A stretch of 64,000 bases of DNA from an uncultured delta proteobacterium (GTDB lineage Bacteria > Desulfobacterota > RBG-13-43-22): the NCBI GenBank assembly GCA_963802945.1, contig CAWDKY010000027.1:148347-212346 (forward strand), given 5' to 3'. The notes beneath the pieces are model-generated. The model saw only the letters and a program-made list of their open reading frames with translations, made no database searches and was not told the origin of the DNA. Position 1 is the first letter of the stretch, and each line of letters opens with the position of its first letter. This document shows positions 28,528 through 39,769 of the stretch, one piece after another. The position numbers were made by a program, and so were the translations under genes.

Positions 28528-29433
28528 TTATAATAATTTTGAAAGAGGAACCAAACGAACTTTATCCTTCAATTCAGGAAATTTTTTTTTAATAGCCCGC
28601 AGGGTCTGGGGATGGGGATGACCGCTGGCCACGGCAAAACCCCGTTCCTGTGCCAGACGAATCAATAGTTCCAATTGTCCTCGAATGGCATCTTCTTCGA
28701 TACTGTTATCCAGAAAAATATCCCGTTCAATAGCCTTAACCCCCACCTGGGAAGCCAGAGGAATAATGACGGAATGAGGGGTAGTCCGACTGTCGAAAAA
28801 AAACAGTTTCCTTTCCTTAATCGTCCTTAACACCAAAGTCATTTTATCCCGGTCTTCGGTAAAACGGGAGCCCATGTGATTATTCACACCGACCACCTGG
28901 GGGAATGCTTCCAGATCTTCTTCCAAAATTTTCCGGATTTCCTCATCCGTCATACTGGTCAACAGGGCCTTCGGTCCGGGGTTGTTTTGCGGAAAAGCAT
29001 TGGGTTCCATAGGCAGGTGAAGCAACGTTTCTTTGCCCTTTTGAAATGCCTGTTGGACCATTTCCTTGGCAAAGGGGGCCTGGGGCAAAAAAGACAAGGT
29101 CAGTGGAGCTTCAAAATCGATAAAATCCAAGGCCAATTGCTTTTGGTAACCCAGGTCATCTATAACAATGGCCACCATCGGTAATCCCTCCACCTGCGGA
29201 TAGAAACGCTTTTTGAAGGTTTCCGGTTTAGTGGAGGGACTTATTTCTTTTGGATTTCTCTCTTCAAAAGGGGGAAGACTTGGAGTTGCTGGCCCTTTTT
29301 CCGGCTTCCAGGACCACCATATATACCCCGCCCCGAAGGCCAGGACCAGACCCATCACCCATATCCCAATGGCCACCCCACAGCCCCCCCTTTTTTTTGG
29401 GCTTAAATATTGCGGGGATTTTCGTCCAGACAC
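28528..29433 (-). CDS. Divergent polysaccharide deacetylase family protein
   Basis: AIVIDDLG, LLHLPMEP, GVNNHMGS, FFDSRT, RDIFLDN, GHPHP; follows ctpA as usual. Confidence 0.92.
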   Translation of the reverse strand: MSGRKSPQYLSPKKRGGCGVAIGIWVMGLVLAFGAGYIWWSWKPEKGPATPSLPPFEERNPKEISPSTKPETFKKRFYPQVEGLPMVAIVIDDLGYQKQLALDFIDFEAPLTLSFLPQAPFAKEMVQQAFQKGKETLLHLPMEPNAFPQNNPGPKALLTSMTDEEIRKILEEDLEAFPQVVGVNNHMGSRFTEDRDKMTLVLRTIKERKLFFFDSRTTPHSVIIPLASQVGVKAIERDIFLDNSIEEDAIRGQLELLIRLAQERGFAVASGHPHPQTLRAIKKKFPELKDKVRLVPLSKLL

Positions 29434-29441
29434 CGGAAACC

Positions 29442-30779
29442 CTAAGGGGCCACGTTTTTAAAGATCTGAGAGAAAACACCCCAGCTTTTTAGAAGATGGA
29501 GGGCGCTGGCTAATTGAGGATCATCCCCAGTTTCTCCGAATGACTTTTTCTCTTCAATCTGGAGGGATTCAGGCTCAGACTCTTTCCCTTTCCCTTCATC
29601 CTCCATGTGTCTTTCCAGGTCTTTTTCGCGAAGGGCTCTGGTTTCCTTTTCCGGGGTTTCCCCCTTTCTTAACGGCCTGCCTTTAATGATAATGTCGGGG
29701 GTTATCCCTTTGGCTTGGATGGAACGACCGCTGGGGGTAAAATAGCGGGCGGTGGTCAACTTAAGACCTGAGTTATCCTCCAAAGGAATAATGGTTTGAA
29801 CCGACCCTTTTCCAAAGGTTTGGGTACCTAAAATAATGGCCCTTTTTTGATCCTGCAGGGCTCCGGCCACAATTTCCGAAGCGCTGGCACTCCCCTCATT
29901 GACCAGGACCACCAATGGATAGCTTCGGACAACCTTATTGGGATGGGCATTAAATTTCTGGTTCTGTTCTTTGGTCCGTCCCTGGATGGAAACAATCACA
30001 CCCGAGTCCAAAAATTCATCGGCTACTTTAATCGCTTCATTCAATAACCCGCCCGGGTCATTTCGAAGGTCAAGAACCAGACCTTTCAACCCTCCCTTGG
30101 TAGTCGAATCTAATTTGTTCAGGGCAGTTTGAAAATCATCACTGGTTTTTTCCTGAAAGGTACTGATCCGGACATAGCCGTAACCTTCCTCGAGCATCTT
30201 TGATTTGACACTCTTGATCGGGATGACATCCCTGACAATAGTATATTTTTTGGGTTCCTTGGCCCCTTCATGGAGAATAAGCAAGATGACCTTGGTCCCT
30301 TTTTGTCCCCGAATCAAACGGACGGCATCATTCAAGGTCATATTCTTAGTGTTTTTTTCATCAATCTGAAGGATTTTATCTCCTGGGGAAAGACCGGCTT
30401 TGTCGGCCGGGGTCTCTTCGATCGGGGAGACTACGGTCAAGACTCCATCCTTTGAGGTTATTTCGATCCCGATCCCACTGAAAATTCCGGAGGTTTCAAT
30501 TTCCAATTCTTTGAATTCTTCGGGGGTGAGAAAGGTGGAATGGGGATCCAGGGTATTCATCATTCCCCGGATGGCCCCATAAATCAGTTCCTTGGAATCC
30601 TTTTCTTCAACATATTTTTTCTGGATTTCATTCAGGGCTTCACTGAACACCTTGATCTTTGGGAAGGTCTTCTCCACATCGGCGGCAGTAATACCCTCCC
30701 TGTGGATACCCACCAAAAAGAAAAAAACCATCACCAAAACGATCAACCCTAAATACTTTACTTTACAGCTTTTTTTCAT
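29442..30779 (-). CDS. ctpA: Carboxy-terminal processing protease (S41A, PDZ)
   Basis: LDPHS, GIGI PDZ loop, LDLRNDPGG, SASASEI, TFGKGSVQ, LTTARYFTPSGRSIQ. Confidence 0.95.
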   Translation of the reverse strand: MKKSCKVKYLGLIVLVMVFFFLVGIHREGITAADVEKTFPKIKVFSEALNEIQKKYVEEKDSKELIYGAIRGMMNTLDPHSTFLTPEEFKELEIETSGIFSGIGIEITSKDGVLTVVSPIEETPADKAGLSPGDKILQIDEKNTKNMTLNDAVRLIRGQKGTKVILLILHEGAKEPKKYTIVRDVIPIKSVKSKMLEEGYGYVRISTFQEKTSDDFQTALNKLDSTTKGGLKGLVLDLRNDPGGLLNEAIKVADEFLDSGVIVSIQGRTKEQNQKFNAHPNKVVRSYPLVVLVNEGSASASEIVAGALQDQKRAIILGTQTFGKGSVQTIIPLEDNSGLKLTTARYFTPSGRSIQAKGITPDIIIKGRPLRKGETPEKETRALREKDLERHMEDEGKGKESEPESLQIEEKKSFGETGDDPQLASALHLLKSWGVFSQIFKNVAP

Positions 30780-31286
30780 AGTTCCCCCAAACCCTTTAGT
30801 TAATTAGCCTTATCTTTCATAAATTGATTGAACCGTATCGATAATTCAAGGGATTGAATAATCAAGTTTTTAGTTCAAATTTCGGAGCTTTTAGGGTTTT
30901 CTTCCGAACTAATCGCTCCGAACAAAAAACTGCTTCTTCCCTCGAATCCTCCTTAAGGGTCTTTTCCTGTACTAAGTAACGGGTACGGCCCCATTCCCAA
31001 CAATTCCATTTCATGGCCGCCGTTACATCAAAGCCCCCTCAAATCGACCAAAACCTGACTTAAGTCTTGGCTTTTCTCATTTTTTTCTATTTTTCCACTT
31101 TAAAGTTATGAATTATATTCCATCCCTTATTAAGTCAAGCATTTTCTTTGCTTTTTTTCTAAAATAGGGTCCGGCAATAAATTTTCAACCCAATTTTACT
31201 TTTTTTTCTTTTTCAAGTTAAAAAAATCTTGACAAGAGTTGATCGAGAGTTTACTTTCATTTTGTTTTTAGAATTTATGATGAGTT

Positions 31287-31456
31287 TGTCCTCGGTAGGT
31301 GAGGCTCCCGAGTAACACACAGGCCACTGCCCAAAAGCATCCAAAGATGCGGCGCATTAGGGTAGAACAGGCACTCCCGGATTAAGGGCTTGCTTAAGGT
31401 GGCTGAGGCGAAAGTCTCTTACGGTACACGGTGCCAAAGCTTGAACGAGTGGGGAA
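31287..31456 (+). ncRNA. M-box (ykoK) Mg2+ riboswitch
   Basis: Matches recalled ykoK blocks TAGGTGAGGCTCC, CTGCCCAAAA..TCCAAAGA, GGGT.GAACAG, TAAGG..TTAA, GTGCCAAAGCT..ACGA; lies upstream of Mg transport genes. Confidence 0.9.
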
Positions 31457-31496
31457 TTTAGGTTTTTCCGGAGCCTTTACGGCTTTCGAATTGTTT

Positions 31497-31540
31497 GGCC
31501 CTTTCTCTGCTCAACGGCTGAGGGAAAGGGCTTTTTTATT
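31497..31540 (+). terminator. Intrinsic terminator of M-box expression platform
   Basis: GCCCTTTCTCT...AGGGAAAGGGC followed by TTTTTT. Confidence 0.8.
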
Positions 31541-31993
31541 TTCTCCTCGGCCCTATAAGATAACCTTTTTGGAGACAAAAGCTATGAAAGATAACGAAGA
31601 CCAACCTCCCAGTAGGGGCGAGTCGCACAGTATGTTGTGGGAGTTGCGCCGGTGATACGATAGTATCTGCTTTTCTTCCCTATCGCCTCACTCGCCCGCT
31701 TCTTCCACGACCTTTAGTGGTGAAAGCTGAGGGTGCAAGGCGGCCTGATTTCTTCCCAGGATCATCCAAAAAGTACCATTTCTTTCCCCATAATAACCTG
31801 TAAATCCTTCGCCTGAGGCTCTTCGTATCTCTTTCTTAGGTATATTTGTTTTTCGTAAACCGTCTTATAAACAAATGGTCACTCTTTCTTGATAAAACGG
31901 GGATGCTATCAGGGCCGGGACGGAAGATCTGGGACAGGCCCCCCAACCACCCCTTTTGCTTGAATTTGGAATGACTGGTCGGAGATTCTGAGG

Positions 31994-33263
31994 ATGCTTA
32001 ATTTTTCCAAACTGTATTACATCTTTCGTCGGACATGGAAGGCCATCATGCTTTACTTCATCCTTGCTGGTCCGGGGATCGTGGTGATGGTGGCTGATAA
32101 TGATGCCGGTGGTATTACGACCTACGCCGCCACTGGTGCGAAGTTCGGTTATAACCTCATCTGGTTTCTGATTATTCTTGTGCCTGTGGCCTATTACGTG
32201 CAGGAAATGACCGTTCGCTTAGGCGCCGTTACCAAACGGGGGCATGCGGAGGCCATTTTCGCCGGGTTCGGTTCTTTCTGGGGATGGTTTTCACTTCTCG
32301 ACCTGATGATGGTCAATTGGCTCACCCTGGTGACCGAGTTTATCGGCATGACCTCGGCCATGAGGATCTTCGGCATCCCGCCATACCTTACGGTCATAAC
32401 TGTTAGTGTGGTAATGGGGATCATGGTCCTCCACGGCCGTTACTGGACCTGGGAAAAAATCGCCCTTTTCTTCTGTGCCATCAATCTTATTTACATACCC
32501 GGGGCCTTTCTGGTTAAACCGTCGGTATCGCAGATCATCCATACCGGCCTGATCCCCAATTTCCCGGGCGGCTTTCCATAATGAGTTGTTCTTTTTCCTA
32601 ATGGCCAATATTGGGACGACCATCGCTCCCTGGATGCTCTTCTTCCAACAGAGCGCCGTGGTTGACAAGGCCCTGAAGGAAAAAGATATCCCCTGGGGTA
32701 AGCTCGACACCTTTATCGGCTCGATCATGACGGTGTTGGTTGCAATCTTCATCCTGGTGGTCACCGCCACGGTCTTAAAAGGGGTCAACATCGATGACGC
32801 AGCTCAGGCTTCGCAGATACTGATGAAAGGCAATAAGTATGTCGGCACCTTCATGGCCATAGGATTATTCGATGCCGGTCTTCTCGGAGCGATCTGCATC
32901 TCTCTGGCCAGTTCCTGGGCCTTCGGAGAGGTCTTCGGCTGGGCCCACTCCTTAAACAACAAGATAAAAGAGGCCCCCTGGTTTTACGCCAACTATTTCT
33001 TTACCCTGATAACGGCCGGCCTCGTCGTCTTAATCCCCAATGCGCCGCTGGTGCTTATCACCTTGTTCGTCCAGGTCATCGCGGTCACGCTCCTACCCGC
33101 CGCCTTGGTCTTCCTGATCCTGCTTTTAAACAACAAGAAGATTATGGGAGAGTACACCAACAACGTTTGGCAGAACACCGTCACCACGGTGATTGTTGTC
33201 ATTATCGTCATCTTGTCCACTTTGTACGGAATCAGCACCCTGTTTCCGAACATGTTCAAATAG
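31994..33263 (+). CDS. NRAMP-related divalent cation (Mg2+) transporter; one frameshift near 32580
   Basis: GPGIVVMVADNDAGGITTY and YYVQEMTVRLG in ORF 31994; ANIGTTIAPWMLFFQQS in ORF 32586; DNDAG rather than DPGN marks the Mg-type branch. Confidence 0.88.
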
Positions 33264-33278
33264 GGAAGGAGAATTGTT

Positions 33279-33458
33279 ATGAACCCGATCAGGAATTTTA
33301 TCAGCCATAATTATGCCAAGGTCCGCGACATAAACAAGAAGTACGCCACCCCCAATATAGAAATGTCAGGAGCGGTCAAGTTTTCCCTTCTCTGCCTCCG
33401 CTTGTATCTGATCTTTCTCGTTGGTTTATTAATTTATAAATTCATTACCTTGTTGTAA
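33279..33458 (+). CDS. Small membrane protein (59 aa), missed by ORF track
   Basis: AGGAG RBS; MNPIRNFISHNYAKVRDINKKYATPNIEMSGAVKFSLLCLRLYLIFLVGLLIYKFITLL; one C-terminal TM; exactly fills the operon gap. Confidence 0.75.
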   Translation: MNPIRNFISHNYAKVRDINKKYATPNIEMSGAVKFSLLCLRLYLIFLVGLLIYKFITLL

Positions 33459-33473
33459 GAGGGGAGGTCGATC

Positions 33474-34751
33474 ATGAATACCTTTATTTCCAAAGGACTG
33501 GAGGCCGATGAATCCGTTTATTTCCTTAGCGATATCATCCATACCAAAGTGATTTCCAAAGGAAAAAAAATAGGCAAATTGCGGGACATCGCCATTGTCG
33601 AGCATGATAAAATTCCCGAAGTGACCCATTTCATCATCAGCCGCCCATTCGGATACAAGCCTTTGTTGGTTCCCTGGGAGAGGATCAGGGAGATCGGCAA
33701 GAAATCCGTAACCATCGACATCGAATCACCGGAAAAGTATGAAGGGGAGCCGGAAGAACATCAGATTCTTCTTAATGACCATATCCTGGACAAGAAGGTG
33801 ATCGACATGGACGATAAGGAGATCGACGTGGTCTATGACGTCAAGTTAGTACTTCGTCATGGTCGACTCTATGTAACCGATGTGGACTTCAGCAGGTATG
33901 GACTTCTGAAAAGATTGAGGCTGGCTCCAGTAGCCAATATGATATATAGTCTTGCGGAGATATTCAAAAAAGAAACGCTTTCCTGGGCCTATGTGCAACC
34001 TTTACCGGAACACATCGGAAGCTTTAAGGGAAACGTTAAGCTTAACGTCTTGAAAGAAAAACTTCCGGAGATCCATCCAGTAGATTTGGCGGATATCCTG
34101 GAGGAACTGGATGAGGGGCAGCGAACCGCCATCTTTAATGAGTTGGAGATGGATCATGCCTCGGACACCCTGGAAGAGATAGAGCCCCGTGTACAGCGAA
34201 GCCTTATCTCATCAATGAGCAAAGAGAAAGTAGCCGACCTGATTGATGAAATGACGGCGGCCCAAGCTGCCGACGTTCTGTCGGTCCTGCCGGCCTCAGA
34301 AGCGGAAGAAATCCTCAACCTGATGGAGCATGAAGAAGCGAAGAAGATTAAATCATTGCTTGAAGAACAGAACGATACCATTGCTAATCTGACGACATCC
34401 AGCTTCATCTCTTCCCGTCCAACGGACACCATTTCCGAAGTGATTGAACATTACCACAAGGTAGCCCCGGAGATGGATGTGACCAATTACGTATTTGTGC
34501 TTGATGGGGACAGCAAACTCATCGGAGTTCTCGGCACACAGGATCTCCTGATGGCCGAACCCTCCGATAAACTGGAAGATGTAATGAACACCGAAGTTAT
34601 CAGCCTCGACTTCACGGACAGCATTGCCAAAGCGTCGGAGATGTTTACCCGATATGGATTCCGGGCCATTCCGGTTACCGATAAAAATGATGTGATCCAA
34701 GGGGTCATTCCCTACCGCGATGTAATGAACCTAGAGCACAAATTTTCTTAG
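33474..34751 (+). CDS. PRC-barrel + MgtE intracellular N domain + CBS-pair protein (no TM domain)
   Basis: PRC-like IGKLRDI..LVPWERI; IHPVDLADILEEL; C-terminal CBS pair. Confidence 0.85.
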   Translation: MNTFISKGLEADESVYFLSDIIHTKVISKGKKIGKLRDIAIVEHDKIPEVTHFIISRPFGYKPLLVPWERIREIGKKSVTIDIESPEKYEGEPEEHQILLNDHILDKKVIDMDDKEIDVVYDVKLVLRHGRLYVTDVDFSRYGLLKRLRLAPVANMIYSLAEIFKKETLSWAYVQPLPEHIGSFKGNVKLNVLKEKLPEIHPVDLADILEELDEGQRTAIFNELEMDHASDTLEEIEPRVQRSLISSMSKEKVADLIDEMTAAQAADVLSVLPASEAEEILNLMEHEEAKKIKSLLEEQNDTIANLTTSSFISSRPTDTISEVIEHYHKVAPEMDVTNYVFVLDGDSKLIGVLGTQDLLMAEPSDKLEDVMNTEVISLDFTDSIAKASEMFTRYGFRAIPVTDKNDVIQGVIPYRDVMNLEHKFS

Positions 34752-34786
34752 GGCGCCGAGAAGGTCAACATGTCAGAGAAATCGAT

Positions 34787-36179
34787 ATGGATAAGTTTCC
34801 TAAAAATACTAAAAAAAATAGGGGGGGTACAAAGGTAATCTGGCCTTTTCTCATCATCTTCTTGATTGTGGCCCAAGGAACCGCTTATGCGGATGAAGGG
34901 CAAGAGAGCTGCTGGCCCGCCTGGTTTCCCCGGTTGCTCGGCGTTCAGTTTACAGGAATCTATCAAAGGATGCCTGATTTTAATAGCCCCTACATTGGAG
35001 ATAACAGCCTCAGATTTGACCAAGGTAAAGGACAAAGTTTCACGCAAACCTACGGCATCTATCTGGGTTCCCGGATCAGCCAATCCTTGCAGATCTATCT
35101 TGACGTCGAGATGTTTAAGGGGAGCGGGATAAGCGACGGCCTCGGTCTTGGGGGCTACATGAATGGGGATTTCATCAGGGCCGGGGCCATGGGTTTGGGA
35201 CAGGATCCCTACCTGGCCCGTTTTTATGCCCGTTATCTTATCCCACTCTCTTCACAATTAACAGAGCCCCAGGAGCGGGCCATGGACCAGCTACCGGGTC
35301 CTGAACCGGCCGACCGGATAGAGATAAAGGTGGGTAAGCTCGCCCCACCGGACGACTTCGATTTGAACCGTTACGCCAACAACGCCCGCACACAGTTTTT
35401 GAATTGTGCCTTCATTGTTAATACGGCCTGGGATTACGCTTCGGATACTAGAGGTTATACCATAGGCGCTTCCATCGCCCTGGTCCATCCTACTTGGAGG
35501 CTCATTTTCGGGAGCTATCAGGTACCGACGACCCGGAACGGGAATGTCCTCGACGGCGAAATATACCGGGCCAGGGGGGATAACCTTGAGGCTCACGGTG
35601 AAACCGGGAACCAGGGGCACGGTGGTCCGTTTTCTTGCTTACCGCAATGAGGGACGCATGGGCGATTTCCAGCAGGCCATTGACATTGGCCGTCAACAAG
35701 GAACCGTCCCGGATACTGTGGCGATCGAGAGTCCTGGCCACGTGAAATACGGTTTCGGCTTAAACTTGGAGCAGCCTATTGCCGATGAAGGAGAGACGGG
35801 CCTCTTTGTCAGGCTCGGCTGGGCCGATGGGTCCAACTCCGCCTGGTCCTACACGGATGTTGATAGGATCGTATCTGCCGGTATACAGATAAGCGGTCGA
35901 AAATGGGGCCGAACCCAAGATCGTCTGGATTTCGCTTTGGCGCTACAAGGATTATCCAAGGTCCACAGGGATTACCTGGCGGATGGAGGCATCGGTTTGG
36001 ACATCGGCGACGGAAAGCTCAACTATGGTTCTGAAAGGATATTCGAAGCTTACTATCTGATCCAACTCGGACACTACGTGCAGCTAAGCCCGGATTTCCA
36101 GTACATCGAGAACCCTGGGTTTAACCAGGATAGAGGCCCCGTTACCGTTTATTCCCTACGGTTACGAGTTAACTATTGA
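34787..36179 (+). CDS. Carbohydrate-selective porin (OprB-like); frameshift near 35590
   Basis: Signal peptide, DFDLNRYA..RTQFLN..AWDYASDTRGYT, then FEAYY..LSPDFQYIENPGFNQDRGP and aromatic C-terminal residue. Confidence 0.8.
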
Positions 36180-36309
36180 AGTGAGCTAAAAGCTTATTCA
36201 ATACGAGGAACTTGAAATTTAAAAGGATAAAAAAATAGCGTCATTATCTACATTTCTCCCTCGAGTGAAACCTTTGTTCAGAAAACATTAAATGCTTCAA
36301 AATAGAGTC

Positions 36310-36516
36310 AACCGTCTCATTATAGTATTGTCCCGGTGAGGCTATATTTTCTTCCGTCTGTGTCTTTAGAGCTGGCCTTTTCTTCGGACTTATTCACGAG
36401 GGATACTTTGCCCTCTCCGCATTCTCGTCCGCCAAGAGACAGCGCCCTTTCGCCAATGACTCCAGAAAAACCAGCCTCACCTGCCGGGGTCAATTAATTA
36501 CTATTATGAGACGGTT
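36310..36516. mobile_element. MITE-like element
   Basis: 18-bp TIRs AACCGTCTCATTATAGTA / TACTATTATGAGACGGTT (1 mismatch); no ORF. Confidence 0.6.
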
Positions 36517-36647
36517 AATCAGTGATAATTTTGTCATCAATGGGGTCAGGCAATGGTAATAACGTATTTTTTTAGATTCATTCCCTTGATTTCCCCACTC
36601 TTTAAATAGTACAATTGTCCCAATTTTTCCTGAGAAAAGGGCTTAAA

Positions 36648-37423
36648 ATGTCGAAAATAAAAATTAGCGCTGAATTGTCCCATCTCTGCCCATTAACGGA
36701 GATCGTCCAACAGGCCAGGGTTCTTGAAGATAAAGGGTTTTACCGGGTCTGGGTCCCGGATACGATAGTATCTCCTTGGGAGGCCTGGCTGGCAGCTTCC
36801 CTAATCATTCAAAATACCTCCAGGCTGAGAATCGGACTGGGCGTTACCAATCCCTACACACGACATCCGGTAATTATGGCCCAGATGGCCTGCACCCTTC
36901 AGGCCTTGAGCCAAGGAAGATTAACCCTGGCTATCGGCAAGGGTATTGCCCGATTCCTCACCAAAGCCGGGATAGGACAACATGAAAAGGCGGTTGAGGA
37001 ATGCGTGACCATCCTCCGCCCATTGATCAACGGCGAACGATTCAGCTTTGAGGGGCAGGCTTTTCGATTAGATTCCGTTCAATTGAGGATCGATCCGCCG
37101 GAAGAGAACATTCCCATTTATTTGGCGGCTATTGGCCCTTCCGGCTGGGAAAAGGCCGCCCGCCTGGCCGATGGCGTTTCCACTTTCTGGGGGAAAACAT
37201 CCAAGAATCGCGTCAGCGATACCTGAACGAGAAGCCTCTCCCAGTGGCTGTCCTGATTCCCTTTTCCTTAACCCGAACCGATTTTTTCCCGAATACGGTT
37301 CATTCCGAAGAAATACTGGCCGAACGGATAAACGAACTGGGAGAGGCGGGATTTGATGAGATCATCATCGCCTATGCTGAAATGAAGGACCTGGAATTCG
37401 TTCCGGGTACGCTCGGACAATAG
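36648..37423 (+). CDS. Luciferase-like (LLM class) flavin-dependent oxidoreductase; frameshifted after ~37190
   Basis: GFYRVWVPD, TSRLRIGLGVTNPYTRHP, GRLTLAIG.G, PIYLAAIGP..AARLADG; C-terminal GFDEIII in another frame. Confidence 0.8.
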
Positions 37424-37619
37424 CGAATTCAGCAGGGACATTTTAACCTTGGATGCACCATTCCATTTTTCTTCTTGACCCTCCGACCTTCCTATTTTAT
37501 ATTCTTTCCGGCCTGATGGAATACCTGACTAAAAAGCTCCCTTGCCTTTCTTCATGGATAATCAATCGCCCCGACCGCAATTACTTACAAAATAATTGCC
37601 CGGAATAAAGAAGGAGAAA

Positions 37620-38882
37620 ATGACCGATCAAAGCGACTTATCTGACCAAACGATTATTAGACAAAAGGAGGATCCCTATAAAGTCACTTCCGAACTGTTA
37701 GATGACGGCCATACCGAACTGACCTGTTTCTTTTTTCATCATGGGGCTAATTTCTATGTCTTCAGTTACAAAAGTACAGGGATTAGACGCCACACCTTTA
37801 TTGATAGCGGAGACCCCAGGTATGAGGATCGAATCCTTTCCATTTTAACAAAGCATAAAATCAATCCCGAGCATATTGAACAAATTATTATTACCCACCG
37901 GCACTACGATCATTGCGGTCTGGCCGATCTCCTGGCCGAAAGATCCGGAGCAAAAGTTATGGTCCATACTAACTTCCGGGATTTCATAGAGGGTCCAATT
38001 AGCGAAGTGGACCGAATCTGGATAGGAGGGTTTGAGCCTTCACGACTCCGGAAATGTCGGATTGAATATCTCTCCCCATCGGAGGGAAGCGGTCCAGTGC
38101 CTATCGACGGCTTGGATTTTCCCGCTCTGACCGAATGGATTCCAATCGGCGATTCAGGCGGTCTAAAGGTCCTAGCCTGCCCGGAAAGCACAATTATGCA
38201 CAGTCCCGATCAGATCATCGTCCATTACAGACCTAACCATTTTCAGGGACAAGATCGACCAACGAGTCATTTCCTCTTCTCAGGGGATCTATGGTTGATG
38301 CACGGCCCCCTTTTCTCCAAAGGCTTCAGAGAGTTTTCCCTTCGTCTCAGAATGGCCTCCTTGCAGGCCAAAGGGATATTGAGCGGAAGAAGGCCGCCCA
38401 GAAGGGATCCCCGCCTACAGGATACCGAGGCCAAAGAAGCCCTCAAACATGGATTCTGTCTGATCCGGGTCATGCCGGGCCATGGGGAAGATTTTATAGG
38501 AACCCGCATGGTCCCCTTATGTTTCCTATGCGACCGTGATCTCCTGGTTGAATTGGGCTATACTATGAATGATAAAAAAGCTATCTTAAAATCCGACAAC
38601 CTTGTACAAAAAATCAAAACCATAAGGGAAAAGGCCTATGCCGGCTTTTTGAAAGAATTACTCCTGTGGCAAGAGGTTGGCTACAGTACAATGGAGATGT
38701 CTGATTTGCTGACACGAATCTATAAAGAGCAAAAGGGCGGGGGACCTCTGGTTCAGGAAGACAGGCGGGAAAGAAGATTAAGGATAAAGGAAACCCTGGA
38801 CAGGTTAAGGGATGAAGGAACCAATGCTGACGGGTTCAGGGAGTTAGCTGAATCAACTTTGTCAAAACTTGAGAATATATAA
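37620..38882 (+). CDS. Metallo-beta-lactamase-fold hydrolase
   Basis: FIDSG, ITHRHYDHCG (HxHxDH), HSPD, LFSGD, MPGHG. Confidence 0.85.
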   Translation: MTDQSDLSDQTIIRQKEDPYKVTSELLDDGHTELTCFFFHHGANFYVFSYKSTGIRRHTFIDSGDPRYEDRILSILTKHKINPEHIEQIIITHRHYDHCGLADLLAERSGAKVMVHTNFRDFIEGPISEVDRIWIGGFEPSRLRKCRIEYLSPSEGSGPVPIDGLDFPALTEWIPIGDSGGLKVLACPESTIMHSPDQIIVHYRPNHFQGQDRPTSHFLFSGDLWLMHGPLFSKGFREFSLRLRMASLQAKGILSGRRPPRRDPRLQDTEAKEALKHGFCLIRVMPGHGEDFIGTRMVPLCFLCDRDLLVELGYTMNDKKAILKSDNLVQKIKTIREKAYAGFLKELLLWQEVGYSTMEMSDLLTRIYKEQKGGGPLVQEDRRERRLRIKETLDRLRDEGTNADGFRELAESTLSKLENI

Positions 38883-39009
38883 AGAGCCCACCGCACCGAA
38901 CTCCAAATGTTTTTTTCTTAAATCATTTCAAATCTATCCTTTTTTATTTGATTTTTTTAAATCAAAAGTACTTACTTTATTATATAAACATAAACAAAAG
39001 GATGTCTTT

Positions 39010-39240
39010 ATGAACACCGCAAAATTATTTAAGAACGGAAGCAGCCAAGCAGTTCGCCTCCCGAAGGAATTCAAATTCCGGGGGGATGAAGTCTATTTAA
39101 AAAAAATCGGCAACCTGGTGGTCTTGATCCCCAAAAGTGATCCCTGGGACTCTCTCATCCGCAGTCTCGATCATTTTTCCGATGATTTCATGAACGAGAG
39201 AAATCAATCCGAGTTAGAAAAGTGGAAGACCTTATCATAA
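39010..39240 (+). CDS. vapB: VapB-type antitoxin (AbrB/MazE fold)
   Basis: MNTAKLFKNGSSQAVRLPKEFKF. Confidence 0.9.
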   Translation: MNTAKLFKNGSSQAVRLPKEFKFRGDEVYLKKIGNLVVLIPKSDPWDSLIRSLDHFSDDFMNERNQSELEKWKTLS

Positions 39241-39634
39241 AATTCCTCCTTGATACCAACATCTGCATTTACATTATTAAAAAGAAACCCCCTCAAGTCT
39301 TAAGAAAGTTCAAGACTTTTAAGATCAATGACCTCGGCATATCGTGCATCACCTTGGCGGAACTGGAATTCGGGGTACACTTCAGCCATTATCCGGGAAA
39401 AACCAGGAAGCTTTGAATGAATTTATAAGTCCTCTGGAAATTATCCCTTTTGATGATCGGGCGGCTATCAGTTACGGAGAAATTCGGGCTTACCGGCAGA
39501 GAAAAGGATTGAAAATAGGGGCCATGGATATGCTGATCGCCGACCAGGCCAAAAGTCTTTCCATACCTTTAGTAACCAATAATTTAAAAGAATTCAAAAG
39601 AATCCCGGGCCTGCAGGCTGAAAATTGGGTATAG
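39222..39634 (+). CDS. vapC: VapC PIN-domain toxin; frameshift near 39400, start uncertain
   Basis: FLLDTNICIYII..ITLAELEFG, then other frame IGAMDMLIA..LVTNN.KEFKRIPGL..ENW. Confidence 0.85.
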
Positions 39635-39769
39635 CGGTTTTCTCTTCACGACATCTTTTTGAACCCTTTATTTATCTTATTTGGCTTTTGCTGTATTTTT
39701 CTGGTAAACTAGTTTAAAGTTGGTTAAAAATCAAACTGAATGTTCATTTTTTGAACGGTAAGGGGGAAA

